Source: Amoebidium appalachense
Lineage: Eukaryota > Protista > Ichthyosporea
DNA: 64,000 bases
Reading direction: 5' to 3'
NCBI GenBank assembly: GCA_963693365.1
Contig: CAVNZM010000011.1
Span: 4,658,639 to 4,722,638, forward strand
The notes under the pieces are model-generated. The model had not been told where the DNA came from, searched no databases, and was given only the letters and a program-made list of their open reading frames with translations. Positions 1 through 14,196 of the stretch are shown one piece after another; the stretch's first letter is position 1; each line of letters opens with the position of its first letter. Made by a program: the position numbers and the translations under genes.

Positions 1-10
1 GTCTGTGTGT

Positions 11-56
<46 letters not shown>

Positions 57-399
57 ACCTCGGGGTTGGGTGGGGGGAGGGGGGGATATGGATTTTTGGG
101 GATCGGGAGTAGAAGGGGAGGAAGAGGAGGGCATAGTTTTGATGGCAGTATGTGCATGCTGAATGCTTGCTTCTTTTTATCAACGGGAGGGAAAGGGGGG
201 ATATATCTTCTGAGTGGTCGTGGGGTTGGCGAGGAAAAAGCGCTATAACAAGCCTCTATTCAGGCCAGCAAGAGACCGTTCGCTGTGGGTGAAGAGGGCA
301 GGAAGGAGAGGGGGGGGGGGGGGGGGGACACCGGGGAGGGGGGGGGAAGCGGGTGGAAAAGGGCGGAACTAGGGGGAGAAGAATATTATGGGGGCAAAC

Positions 400-1278
400 C
401 TGGTCAGAATCCGAGTTTTCGAGCACATTCTTTCTGCGTGCGATGATGTCATAGGCCACAGAGTCCAGGGCCTCGGTGGCTCGCACAATGGTCTGCTCAC
501 TGCTGGTTTGGAAGGCGCGGAAGATCTTCCACAGCTGCGATTGGTGCATTGTCATAGAAAAAAAACGCCATAAATGGCTAATTTGATTTTTGGTAGATCG
601 TATTGATTGGTTTGTATGGTGTTGTGGGTTTTGTTGTTGATGGGTTGTATAGCAACGAAAAGAGGGAGGGAAGGGGGAGGGGGAGGGAGAGAAAGGGGGA
701 AGGGAAAGGGGGCGGGGGGGGGGGGGGGGGGGAGGGGGGGGAAGGAAGGGTGCTGAGGGAGAAATAACGACCACATGCAATAGCTGATTGCCTGTTTGAA
801 AAACATTACTTTCCTGTCAACAAATTATAAGGCTGGGGAAATTAATGGGTCCTATAATTTACTTTTTTTAAAAAGAAACGAACACTTAGCGTTGGTAATA
901 ACAAACCCGGTTTACCGACACTAAGTTAGGTATCAGGTTGAGTTGAGTGGTGGGAGGTCGAGGAGGGTCGTGGTGAGTGGACTGACATGGTGTGGGTGAT
1001 GGATTTGGGCGGAGCGCGAAAACGGGAGGATGGGGGGGGGGGGGGGGGGGGGGGGGGGGGATGGGACGGGGGGGAGGGGGGAGGGGGGGGGGCTACTAAC
1101 CCACACTGGGAAGGGCGCCCTGTCTCTCATGCTGTGAAGGTGATGGATGGGTTAGTTAATGTGTTCATGGGGGGAAGGGGAGAAGGTGTGTGTGTGCGTG
1201 TGGGGGGGGGGGGGGGGGGGGGGGGGGATGTCAGTAGTAGTTCAGGTGTGGGTTTTTTTTTTTTTTTTTTTTTTTTTG

Positions 1279-1345
<67 letters not shown>

Positions 1346-1525
1346 AAGGGGGTTTTGAAGGGGAGTGAAGGGAGGGGGGAGGGGGGAGGGCACAAGGGGA
1401 TGGGGGGGGTTGAAACGTGGGTTACATCCTGAAGATTCGAATAACAGCTGTTAAAATGGGGATGTGTTCGATGAATGACCGATCTGACGAAATGGGGTAA
1501 GAGTGCAAGTGTGTTTGTGTCTCCT

Positions 1526-1558
<33 letters not shown>

Positions 1559-1622
1559 TTCTTTCTCTGTGTGTGTTTATGTGTGCACATGTCGGGCGGG
1601 GCGCGCAAGGAGGGGGAGGAGC

Positions 1623-1658
<36 letters not shown>

Positions 1659-3409
1659 CTCTTACAGGACGCCGGTAGCTGTGTCGAAGGCAACAGCAAA
1701 CTCGACCGGTTTGTCGCTATCTAGGGTGTCCACACTGGTGATAGGGGTGCATGATAAGCGACCATAGGAGATAATGTGGATGATATAGGGCCAATAGGAG
1801 GATACAATGTGTCATTAGGAGCCAATGGAAACATGGGGGCAGGATTGCAGCAGAGGAAGCATGTGAAGTGAGGGCTCCGGAGGGCTACAGGTCGAGCGAG
1901 GGAGGTGGGGGAGCGTGTGTGTGTATCTATGTGCATGTTGATGCATGGAGCGGGGATGTATGCGTGGGAGGAGAGAGGGAGGGGGAGGGGATTGGGGGAG
2001 GGGGAGGGGGGCAGGAAGGGGTTGTGTAGTTTCGAACAGGTCAATCTAATGGTAAGAGGAAGTGGAACGAGGTGAGGGGGAATGAATATGTTTAAAGCTA
2101 AGTGTAGACACATCCCCCCCCCCCCCCCTCTCCCCCCCCCTCCCCCCCCCCCCCCCAACACACACACTCACACAGATACACATTTTCCCCAGTAAAAACG
2201 CAATGGGTGAGCACCGGTGGTGGGGAGTAGGTGAACCGTGGGGGTGAGGGGGGAGCCGGGGGGGGGGGGGGGGGGAGGAGCGGGGAGGGGGGGGAGATGA
2301 TGGGGGGGGGGGGGGGGGTAGCGACCTGTCGCCAAATGCGATCTCAGTGATGCCATCCAGTGTGTAGCGGTACATCAGATCTTGGAGGTCTAGGGTGGTG
2401 TTGGTGGTGGATGCATGGCCTAGCTTGTGGGCAACCTGTGTGTGTGTGTGTGTACGTGTGTGTGTACGTGTGTGTGTGTGGAAGGGGATGTGTGGATGTG
2501 GGTGTGTGGGAGGGGATGTGTGGGTGTGTGTGTGCAAGCAAGGGGATGTGTGTGTGTACTTGTGGTGTAACGGCAGGAGGGAGAGAGGTCTTATTGGGGA
2601 GGGGTGAGGACAATAAACGAACAACACACAGGTCAGTGCTTGGAATTGGAGCGGGTTATGCTGTACCCGTGGGGAAATGGGGTTTTTTTTTTTGTTTGTT
2701 TTTTTTTTGTTTTTTTTTTTGTTTTTTTGGGGGGGGGGGGGGGGGGGAGGTTGGTTCGGGCTTCTTTTCCAGATTTATATGTTTATATTATAACGGAGAA
2801 CCGGGGACGGAGGGGGGAAGGGGGGAGGGTCGGGGGGGGGGGGGGGGGGGGGGGGTACGGTGACAGAGAGCGAGAGAAGGAGACCTGGAATAGGGGTGGG
2901 GGGGGGGGGGGGACCCGGGGGGGGGGGGGGGGGGGGGGGGGAGGAGAATGAGAGACTGTACCTTCTCTGCGTGTGCCTGGAAGACTTTCTCCATGTGGTT
3001 GCGGAAGTTGTGCACACTGAACATGTGGCTGGCAGTCTGTACGTGTGTGTGTGTGCACGTGTACGTGTGTGTGTGTGTGTGTTTGTGTCCGCGGGGGGAG
3101 GAGGGGAGGAGGGACATGTTAGTGTGATACACCACGAAACTGTCGCTTTTCCTCCCACTCCACCCTCCATCTTTCCCATTCTATACCTCCCCCCCCTCCC
3201 CCCCCCCCCCCCAACTGTTGACACACATAAACACACACACACACACACACAGCCCAACACCCCAACTCGTTTCCCGCCTCCCCCCCTCCCCCCTCCCCCT
3301 CCTCTTCCCTCCTCTTCCCTCGTACAAGCAGACACCAGCACACGTACGCACACGCATACACGCACATAGGCACACACGTACACGCACACACTTACACGCA
3401 CACACACTT

Positions 3410-3449
<40 letters not shown>

Positions 3450-5077
3450 ACCTTCCTCTGGTGGTACCACATATCCCCATCCACGTTGAAGATTCCATCT
3501 CCAAGTAGCTCCTCAAAGATCATGTGGAAACGTGGGCCCTTGACATAGTTTTCAAACCGCGTCTTTTGCACTGCACCAACCAATGGAATTGATTCGTTAA
3601 TGACATGTATAAAACAGGTATAGCTGTAACCAATGAAATTGATTCGTTAGTGACTTGTTCTAAACAGGTAGAGCTGTAGCAAATGGGATTAGATGCAACC
3701 ACTGTTAAGGATTCGTTACAGATTTCTAAAAATAGCGCGTGTTTTGCACTGCACCAACCGATGGAATTAATTCGCTAGTGACGTGTTAAAACAGGTATAT
3801 ATAGCTGTGGCCGATGGAAATGGAGCTGCAACCCTGAGAAGAATTCGTTGCTGCCTACTAAAAATAGACAAAGCTGCAACCAATCAAAAAATCCTTTTTC
3901 ATGCACGTTAATCCTAGGCTCTAGCGTGTTTTCCTGACATTTAGTCTTTTGAATCAACGCTTTGAGCTTACATAGTGCCTGAAATCAATCATTGAATATT
4001 ATTTTCAGCTAATGTATGTATGCCCACGAACGGGTGCATTTTCATTCAGCCTTTTCAAAGCCCCAGATTGATCTCATTACAAATCCTAAACAACCAACAG
4101 ACGTGGTTTGGTATTGAGTATTTCCTTTTTATCGTGAGCGCGTGTGCGCGCAGAGCCACATAACGGGCATGCACACATCCGTGCACGAACAAGCACACAC
4201 ACACGAACATGCGCACACACAAGCACAAGCACATGCACATGCACACACACATTATTGTGATGCGGGAACAGCAGACAGGGAGAGAGAATAATCGCGTAGG
4301 GTATAGGAAAGGCGGAAATAGGGGAGGGAGGACGGGTGAACAAATGGGGTAGCAGGAAGAAGGGGGGGGGGGGGGGGGGGGGGGACTTCCTTTTTTTGTT
4401 TTTTTTTGTTTTTTTGTTTGGGGGGGGGGGGGGGGGGGGGGGTGCTCACCGTGCTCGATGTTTGCTGGGTCAGCGGTGACGACGGTAGGGGGCTGGGATG
4501 ATGTTGGTGTTAGCCAATCAGAGAGAGACATTATGATTTTATTCACCAATCAGACAAAGTTACGATGTTTTTATAACGCTATACGCATGGAATGTGCACC
4601 CTATTTGTGGTCCAATTTGTATTCATAGCTTTAGGTAAAGTGAGAGTAGACTGTGGGGCAGTCTGTAAACCGACAGGCAGTGGGGAAGGTTGTGTGTGTG
4701 TACGGAGGGGGAGATGGGGGGAGAGGGGGGGGGGGGGGGGGGGAAGAGGAGGAGGCAGCCTGGCAGGGACCGAGATGATGCATGATCGTAGAATGGTATC
4801 GTGGTGGCCCAGGAACAAAGCGTGTGAGGTGATCAAGTACGGGGGAAAAGGAGAGAGGTGAGAGGGAAACAAAATTAACTCGGATGTGGAGATGAACGGA
4901 ACGGCTTTGAGCAGCTGGTGTGATGTGTGTGTGTGTGTGCACTAACTATTGGTGTAGGTATGAGGGTGTGTGTGTGGGGGGGGGGGGGGGGGAGGGGGGA
5001 GGGGGGGGGGGGGGGGGGGGGAGGGATGGAGGGTCCCTGCCAAAGCCATCATCGGATATGTGTATGTGTGTGTGTGA

Positions 5078-5160
<83 letters not shown>

Positions 5161-5769
5161 ATATTTCTCACTCAGTGTGAGAAGAGAGGGGGGCGGAGAG
5201 AGGGCGGGGGGAGGGGGGGGAGGGGGGAGGGGGGGAAGGGGAAGATACCCTGCCAAAGAGTTCCAGTACAAACGTCTTGCCGTTCTCGTTCACCTTCTCA
5301 ACCAACCAATCATTGAAACGTGGCATGTTCATCAGGAGCTCTGATTGGATCAAAATCAGTACCCACACATACCACATCAATTGCATGCCGGCAACTCAGA
5401 TATGCACTGCCATAATGAGAGTTTTCTTATGAACACCAAAGTGTGACAGGCTAATCCATAAAATGGGAGTGTTGACCATGTATCTGTCAAATGTGGAGTG
5501 TTACCAAAAAGCGTGGTTTTTGTTGTAGTAACAAGTGGGTCACTCAGAGCTGCACAAGAGTTTGATATGGGTACGGTATGATGTGGGTGCCTGGGCGGAA
5601 AAAAAAAATCCAGGTAAAACCACTGAAACTCTTCACATGCCTGAACATGTACCACCACACGTGCTATAACCTCAATAATATGTCTAATAAAATGCCTGCC
5701 GGGAGACTTACCGGGTGTGTTTCCAACAATAGGCCAGCCAGCCAACCGCTTTGCCTGCTGTGTGCCACG

Positions 5770-5836
<67 letters not shown>

Positions 5837-5972
5837 GTTGCGTGTGCGTGTGTGTGTAGGTGCGCGTGTACATGTGTGTATGTGTGTGTGTGTGTGTGTG
5901 TTGCCCCAGCGAGGGAGGATGCGCACGGGGGGGGGGGGGGGGGGGGGGATGGAGGGGCGAGAGAGAGAGAGG

Positions 5973-6035
<63 letters not shown>

Positions 6036-6740
6036 TGTGTCTGTGTGGGGTGTAGTGTTTGGGGGGGGGGGGGGGGGGGGGGGGGGAGGGGGTAAGTGCT
6101 ACATCCAACATGAAAACCTTCCAATTTAGACAGTTACTTAAGATGCCGCCTGATTCATGAGACTAACAATTACATAATAGTACGAGGTGTGGAAGAGGGG
6201 AAATAGGCTGGCAGGAAAGAGGTGATGGTGGTGGTGGTGGTGGGGGGGGGGGGGGGGGGGGGGGGATTATGCTAAATCCCAATATATGTGCATAAATCGG
6301 CCCTAGTTGCATAGCTGTATGTAAACAACCGATGATTCAATTGCACGTGTACTGAAAACGAATAGCCATGCATTACAACCTTATTAAGGTCTCAGTCAGC
6401 ATTTGCGGCATAAAAATAAACAAACAATACAACGCCAGTTATAACTCTTATCGACGTCAGAATTCTTGATTGACTTTCCCTATATACGGTGTGGACTCCA
6501 TTATTAGAAATAAGGGTCCTCTAGTGAAATGCCGACATGAACATTTAGCCTTAATGTAATAAGTCTGTGGATTATATACACAGCTATACACACCTTTGCA
6601 TGTTCGGGCAGTTTAGGGCTGCGCAGTGCGGCCCTTAAAGCAGCCCATGTGGCCACCAGCACCAAAACACCCAAAAGGAGCTCCTCTGTGCGAAGATCAC
6701 TCACCACACCCACAACAATAGAAAGAGAGGCAAAGTCCAT
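400..6740 (-). CDS. Cytochrome P450, CYP86-clan/CYP704-like fatty-acid hydroxylase type; multi-exon, 3' part lies beyond the window start
   Basis: Approximate exons: 6740-6594 (hydrophobic anchor MDFASL...EHAK), 5755-5712 ([12 protein letters not shown]), 5340-5250 ([13 protein letters not shown]), 4495-4450 ([11 protein letters not shown]), 3570-3451 ([38 protein letters not shown]), 3033-2962 (TASHMFS), 2435-2326 ([21 protein letters not shown]), 1735-1666 (FAVAFDTAT), ~1119-1101, 535-400 (LWKIFRAF...IIARRK). Most junctions are GT-AG and the motifs are typical of CYP86-clan P450s. The heme-Cys motif is not in the window. Confidence 0.9.
3571..3830. repeat. Degenerate ~50 bp minisatellite (AACCAATGGAATTGATTCGTTAATGACATGTATAAAACAGGTATAGCTGT) abutting a P450 acceptor site
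   Basis: Units visible from about 3578, 3628, 3678, 3756 and 3810. Confidence 0.75.
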
Positions 6741-7676
6741 TGTGATGTAGCTGGTTGGTAGGGCAAGTATGTCACGGGATATAATTGTGCTGAGGGGCCT
6801 TGAATATAGTGCCTATTGAAAAATTTGCTCTTTAGGTGCCGACGTATTACTATCCTAACTCCAAAAGGGGGTAAAGATTGTTTACAGTTCTGTTTCAGGA
6901 GCAGTAATCAGTGTTTATCACTTGTTTTTTATTGTTGCGATTGTTCGGTGGTAATGTGCAGTGAAGAGGGAGTTCTGAACTGCTATGCACACTGTATCCG
7001 ACAGAGGATAATCGGTGAGGTACACCAACACTGCCGTTTGGTTTTTATACCTTTCAAACCCATGGGTGGTTTCATGCACACAGTGAGTGTTGGAACAGCA
7101 TGGAACAACATTCTTCTCGTTTACACGTGCCTACGTGTACATGCACAGTGTGTTTTCTCACGTGCTGTGATTAAGTTGGGTGTTCGGTGGTTTTCCAGCA
7201 ACTGACTACCGTAGGCTCGTTAGGAATTTGGGTGGTCTGCACGTGTGCATACAGTACATTTGGTACTGTAACCTATGGCAACACACTCTGTTGTGACACA
7301 TGCCGTAACGAATCAACTTCCACTGCCATAAAGCACATGACGTGTCAACCCCGTGGAAGTGTTGGGAACTGCAGTACACGTGCACATGCCCTGAAACTAA
7401 TCAGGCTCTCTCTTTGCACATTTTTTTTGATTTAACATATACTAAGCTCTCAGTTTTTGCCCAGAGACACGACACTTGCCACAGGACAGGACACCCTAAC
7501 CCCGACGAAAGCACAAATGCCGTCAAATACGAGGTATTAACATTGCTCCCGTACATGTACAGAGTGTCGGGTATGTTTTCAGCACTGTTTATAGTACAGT
7601 TACGTCCCTAACAGATAGAGCGAAGCCAAAAAAAGGAGAGCAAAAACAACTGCGAGTGGAAATCCCGGGAACCTTC

Positions 7677-7720
<44 letters not shown>

Positions 7721-8545
7721 GGGTTAAAATTTATAATTGACCAACCCCAACATTGCAGGAGTTCGTTAGTGTCTGTCTTCTTCAGCACGTGAAAGCTAGG
7801 CTAATTAGACAGACCCGTATGATATCGATGTCAAACTTATTTTGCTGTCCCATTGGGACAGCAACAGGTGTTGTGTTCCTTTCCCTCCAATTGCGCTGTT
7901 CATCTTGACAGGACTAATTGCGGAGTGCGTGTCCGGCATAGCGGAGAAGCAGCTTTGTATGGATATTTCTTGGGCTCAACAATACAGGCTAGGAACAAGG
8001 CATTGCTGGAAGCACATTTTTGGGTCACCTGTCAACCTTTCTATGTGCGCACACGGAGGATTAACTGTTGGATGAATGGGGAGCCTGGAAAAAAAAAGAA
8101 AACGTGCTGCTTATTACCATATCACACATGGAGTAAGGGTGTTAAGTGGAACTTCTTTGTTCTTTCTCTTCACCCGAATTACATATCCCTTCCAGTTTAT
8201 GCCAACACAAACAGCCGATGCGCATCATTCATGGTGCATGCATGTGCACGCACATCATTTGCAAGCCAAGCATGCGCTTGCAAGCTTACTCTTTGGGGTT
8301 GAAAAACTTGAGGTAAGCGCATGCATGAAGCATTTAGTGGGCTTCCATGTGCCAGTAAGTCACACCCACATCCGCACGATGTGTCGGCACTTTGCAAGGG
8401 GGGAATGATGATTTCCCTGTCATCGACGGTAATCTGTATTCAATCAATGCGCGACACGTGTGGTTTTATTTGCCAGCAGGCGTTACCTTTGCACACCTGA
8501 CGTGTGCGTCAATATAATTTCGTGACTTGTGCTCCCAGGGGAAGT

Positions 8546-8806
8546 GGTTACCCTAGGTTGCCATGTGAGCAGCGAAATATGCATGGGCAGCGAAGGATTG
8601 ATTTGATAGCAGCGAAATGAGCAGCGAAAGGTTCAAGTGACAGATGGCATCCCCTGCATGTACTCAACAGCCTAGTATCTGCCTTTGTGAACCTTTTACT
8701 CAAGTACCCATGCCGCTTTACCGGGTTCACTCAAGACGCCTATGTGAGACAAGGCTGCAAGGTGACAAGGCAAACAACGGTTTCCCGTAGCGGCAATAGG
8801 GTAGCC
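8546..8806. mobile_element. Possible small MITE-like element
   Basis: Imperfect inverted ends GGTTACCCTAGGTTGCC / GGCAATAGGGTAGCC; internal GCAGCGAA x4; no clear target-site duplication (TSD). Confidence 0.3.
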
Positions 8807-10013
8807 TACTATGATTGGATCATGGGAATTTCCTTATGAAAGTAAATGGTTATTACTGTATCATAAAGCTGATGTGATTGAATAAAAGTCATGGGCTAAT
8901 AGCACTGCATAGTTGTCGTGGTATGAAAAATACTGTATGGTGAAACAAGTCCATGACAGCTGAGACTATTTTCCAATTTATATTTATTAAATCTTTTATT
9001 GGTTTCACAAGTTGTATTACTGTACTTCTTTTCAGGTATATTTATGGAGTACCCTTATTGAAGCGACGAAATTATTTTACTTATGGTGATTTGATATTTT
9101 TTATATATACCAGCGGGCGGTATTATGCTCTGCTTGGTATGTAGTATTAGTGAACATAGTGTGCCTTGACTCGAGGCGGCCAAATTTCAAATATTAATGC
9201 GCTAATCAAAAAGTACTGTTACAGATCTTAATGCCGATGACCTCCTTTTCTTAGGAATGTGATGCGCTGAACGGTGACCGTATTGCTTCAACCACTGCTG
9301 AGTAATAAATACTAGTAAAAAATACAAGAAATAACCATTTTTGTCAACTGCTTTCAGCCAAATAAACACCTTTCAACCAATATATATGAGCTATGGCATG
9401 TTATATGCACATTTTAATTGCGAAGACATAAGATGAAGCAGGTGAAACACAAATCACCTTTTTTATCCTCAGCTATTTACACTCCTCATTGTGGAACGAG
9501 GTCACATATTTCCTGTTTTCCCCTATACATTCGAAACACACCCGTTTCCCTCTCACTGCCCAGGTCGTTCTTGTGGGTAAGGGTCTCATCGTTTTTCGTG
9601 TCCCATGTCTCTGAAGTTTTTTCTGTTATTTTGCGCCTGTTTCCATTATAAGATGAGCTTATATTAGTTAGGTCTACGCATACAGCGGCCCCGGCTAGTG
9701 GGACCACACAAACCTGCTGACTACGACTCTTCGCCTATGGAGTGACACCATGTAGCACAAACAAGCGTTTGCGTATGTGCACACGTCGATCAGACTGTTT
9801 CTAAGAACCCGTACCACTGAAAAGCAAAATTTTAATTCACGTTTTATTTGCTACCAAACACCTACCCACTTCAATCGAGCCAGTCAAGAGGATCCCATAA
9901 ACCTGCAAACAATTCACTGCGCGCACAAAACTAACACCAACTTCTCATTTTCAGGTGTGTAAATTATCACACGGTTCTGAAGATACCAGGCGGCAGAAAG
10001 ACAGTGTCTGACG

Positions 10014-11570
10014 ATGAAGCTTGCGGGGGTTGCGCTTGTGGCGGTCGCAGCCACGGGCGTAGATGGCGGCTGTCCGTTTGCCCTGCGGTTTCCAACAAAC
10101 AACGGTAGGTCTATTCAATTGATAAATCGGGCTTGCATATGTGTGGGGAGAAGGGGACGAAGTAGATGGAGGAAGAGGGATGAAACGATGGCGGGGGAAA
10201 ACCGGCGCCAGGCCAGAAACGATTCTGGAAGATGTGGTGCTGGGTAGAAACGAGGCCGGGGCAAATTTTTGGATCCCGTAGAGGGCTAAAAGTTAGGAAG
10301 CAAGGGCCGCCAGCCACATTGCTTCTACTGAGGGCGCTCATGGCTTTTTGCTGCCCAGAACAACGTGCACGTATTGCTGTGTCATCGTGAAGATTATTGC
10401 GACATCGCCACACACCACAAGCACATGTACACGGATACTCAGCACAAAACAACACCAAGACACACCTTGAATTGGCCCACACAAGTAAACAAAAGACTTA
10501 CCATGTCTCCTCTTTTCTCTCCTGTGAGATCGGCATTGACATGGTAGTAAGTCACTTAGCAAGTCACTTGGTACATGCGGATTTCCTACGGGTATACACC
10601 GACACGGGAAGAGAGCGGCTGGCGGGGGTGCTCACCTCCTTGTTCGTTAGTGCCACCGGTGGATGTGACCGGGGAGAGAGAGGGGGGGGGGGGGGGGGAG
10701 GGGGGGAAGGGGGGAGGGGCCAGGAAAAGAAGGGCTGTCTGTACTTGAACATTGTTTTCTCACTGCCCTTACCGGCACTAAAAGGGTTAAGCACGTAAAT
10801 GACACATACCACCCACAGGTGTGTGCAACAACGTAAAAGATGAATTCCTCGGGGCAAAGGGGACACAGTACAATAAGTTCGGAACAACCCCTCGCCTGAC
10901 CACATTCTCGAGTTTTGGCCGTGAAAATCCCCGGGTTATCAGCAACATGATTTTCCAACACCCCCCCGGGGATTTGCCTGACCAGCGTGGTCTCACTCAT
11001 TTATGCATGCAGTGGGGTCAGTTTATGGATCATGGTATAGAACCCCTCCCCCCTCCCCTTCCAAGATATATTTTTCGCCATTCATGTTTCATGACCGTGT
11101 CAATTTTGACGAGTCATGATATGCACATCCGCCAGAAAACCGCATACTTTTTTCTGAGACTGAGAAGGGCACACAGGTGCGCGCATTCACACACACACAC
11201 ACACACACTCACATTCACATTCGCACACACACACACACATGCCCAAAAAGAATGGGGTGGGTGCGTTCGTGTGTGTGTGTGTGTGTTGGGGGGGGAGGGG
11301 GGGGGGGGAGGGAGGGAGGAGCACCCATTTAGCCATCACCACATCATGGGTGGCTGAAATGGGCCGACCGGATGACTATCCGTGTTTTTGTGTCGAAACA
11401 GCACGCCATATGGTATGGATTATTTTAATGGGGTTTAAGCTCTATAGTCCTACACTACAGAAACACATAGTATTTTAAATGGCACGCCCCTCACCCTTCT
11501 TGGCATGCATAGCATGAGCATTAAGAATTTTGGTTCCCCTTTGTGTGCTAATCTCCCCTTCCTCCCTCCC

Positions 11571-11601
<31 letters not shown>

Positions 11602-12416
11602 TTCACGGCTTAAATTGTTTATTTTGGGTTTCTCACTTTTGTGACGTTTTGTTGTTGTTCTTTGTTGTCTCCTCCATATTTCCAACCCTCTAACGCAAAC
11701 ATCACCCCCCCCAACACCCCCCTAACCTCCACCCAAAACAACAGGAAAACAAACAAAAAGAAACTCTTGCTGATAATGGCACAACTAAACCCGAATTTAA
11801 CCATCTCTTCCCTCACTCCCCTCCCCCCCCCCCCCCCCCCCCCCCCCCCCAAACACACGGACACACACACACACACCCTCCCCCCAGATGTAACGCTGAC
11901 GCCCGTACCTGTGGATGTTCGAGAGGACATTCCAGTGATCGACCACGAGAGTGAGCTGAGGTTTAAGCCGGATGCCAAGGCCGGGCGTAAGATTGCATTC
12001 ACCCGTGCAAAGGGTTTTGACAAGGATGAGATGCAGAACGACATCACACACTGGATTGATGCGTCCACTGTGTACGGCTCTGATGATGGTAACCCACCCC
12101 CCCCCCCCCCCCCCCCCCCCCCGCACCCCCGCACCCCGCCCCGCCTCGGTGTTTTCTAAGTGTACAAATGGTGTTTTAGATTTCGTTTTTTCGATTATTC
12201 AGTTTTTTACTAACGTCCTGTGATACACCGCCGCCATTGAGTGTGCACTAATGTAGAATAACCTCTGATTTAAGCAACTGAACGGTTATAGTTCAAATAA
12301 GTGAACAAGTAACCTGGTGGATTGTTTGCTTCCTGACCATCCCACACCCTACCCCATCTGCCTGCCATTACCGCCGGAACAGGATGCATTCTGGATGTAA
12401 CAAACTTGTACCACAG

Positions 12417-12486
<70 letters not shown>

Positions 12487-13342
12487 GCGCCTCCTGCAAA
12501 CAGAAACACAAAAGCACATGTACAATCAAGCACGTCCACGGAGCCACACACTCACACACACTCGCACTCGCACTCACACAGACACTATGTTTTATGCTAA
12601 AATCTTTCATTACACACGCAAAAAAAAAAAAAAAAAACCAAAAAAAAAAACAACTCTCTCCATGACACCCAACCCCACCCAACTCCGCGACCACCACCAC
12701 CTCCTCCTTTTTCCTTTTCCATCCCATCACACCCACTTCACTTACATGCTACCCACCCACCTTTTTTCCTTCTTTTTTTTTTTTTCCTCACAGACCAACT
12801 TGCACTTCTTCTCGAGGAGGGAACCGCCAAGTTGAAAGTCGACGCATTTGGAAATATTCCAAAGAACCCCATCACGGGTGAAGCTCTGGCAGGAGACACG
12901 CGTGCAGACGTGCAGCCCGGCCTGTCGTCGGTGCATACAATGTTCATGAGGGAACACAATCGATTGGTGGATATTATCACAAAGGTATGTGGTCATCAAC
13001 CGTATATGGTTATTTTTGTGTGGGTATGGTGGCTGTATCTTGGGCATAGTTTGTTAATGAGGGAGCACAACCGATTGGTGGATATTATCACAAAGGTATG
13101 CGCTGATTAACCATATATGGTTAGTTTTTTTGGTGACTGCTGTTACAAATGCAATGGATTATTGTTTCTGGTTAGTTGCTTATGTTTGGATGTGGTTGGC
13201 TGTTTTGGAATCTTTATGTACACAACCGTGCATGTTTCGGTTTTGCTGCTTCCGTCAGCATCCCCCCCCCCCCCCCCCCCCCCCCCTTCATTCCTCAGTT
13301 CTCGTTCCCTTGTTTCTCGAATAAGGAACACAAAGCCGACCG

Positions 13343-13392
<50 letters not shown>

Positions 13393-13932
13393 CATACACA
13401 CACACACGGCATACACATGTGGGAGAGCGATTGCATACACGTACATGAAGACAGACAAGGGTCACCACTACCTCACAAGGACCCACGCACATGCATTCTT
13501 TGCCCACCTATCCCCCCATCCACATCTATATCACAGCGCTGAAACCCTCCCTCCCTCCCCCCCCGAAAGCTCACCACTTACACATCCATATCTTCTTCTC
13601 CTTCTTCTTCTCCGCCCACCACCACCTGCTTTCCACCCAACACACACACACACACACACCTACACGTACAGGACGAGCTGAGCACCAACACGGAGTGGAC
13701 CTTCCAGCTTGCACGCCTGATCGTCCAATCAGAAATCCAACGCATCACGTGGGACCAATGGCTGCCCGCCCTTTTGGGGGGTCGTATTGAGGAGCTGCCC
13801 TACAACCAGACCCACAACCCCGGAGTCTATCGTGCGTTTGCTGGTGCAATCTTCCGCACGGGGCACAGTCTGGTATGTTCTGGAATATTCCCATGGTGTT
13901 GCGGATGAGGGAGTTGGGGGGGGGGGGTGGAA

Positions 13933-13971
<39 letters not shown>

Positions 13972-14134
13972 GGCGTGTGTGTGTGTGTGGGGGCGGAGGG
14001 GGGGGGGAGATGGAGGGACTGCGTTTGGGTGCCGCTCCCCCCGCCTCCCGATCCCCGCAACAGCATATAAGATAGAGAGATCATAGAAAATGGGCATACA
14101 CATGCAATCACACATTTGCTCAAACACAGACAAA

Positions 14135-14196
<62 letters not shown>

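Noticed and set aside
10580-10670. Extra peroxidase exon (RVYTDTGRERLAG)
   Set aside because: Exon 1 joins 10820 directly to give the family-like FPTNNGVCNN; no good splice sites are needed or seen here.
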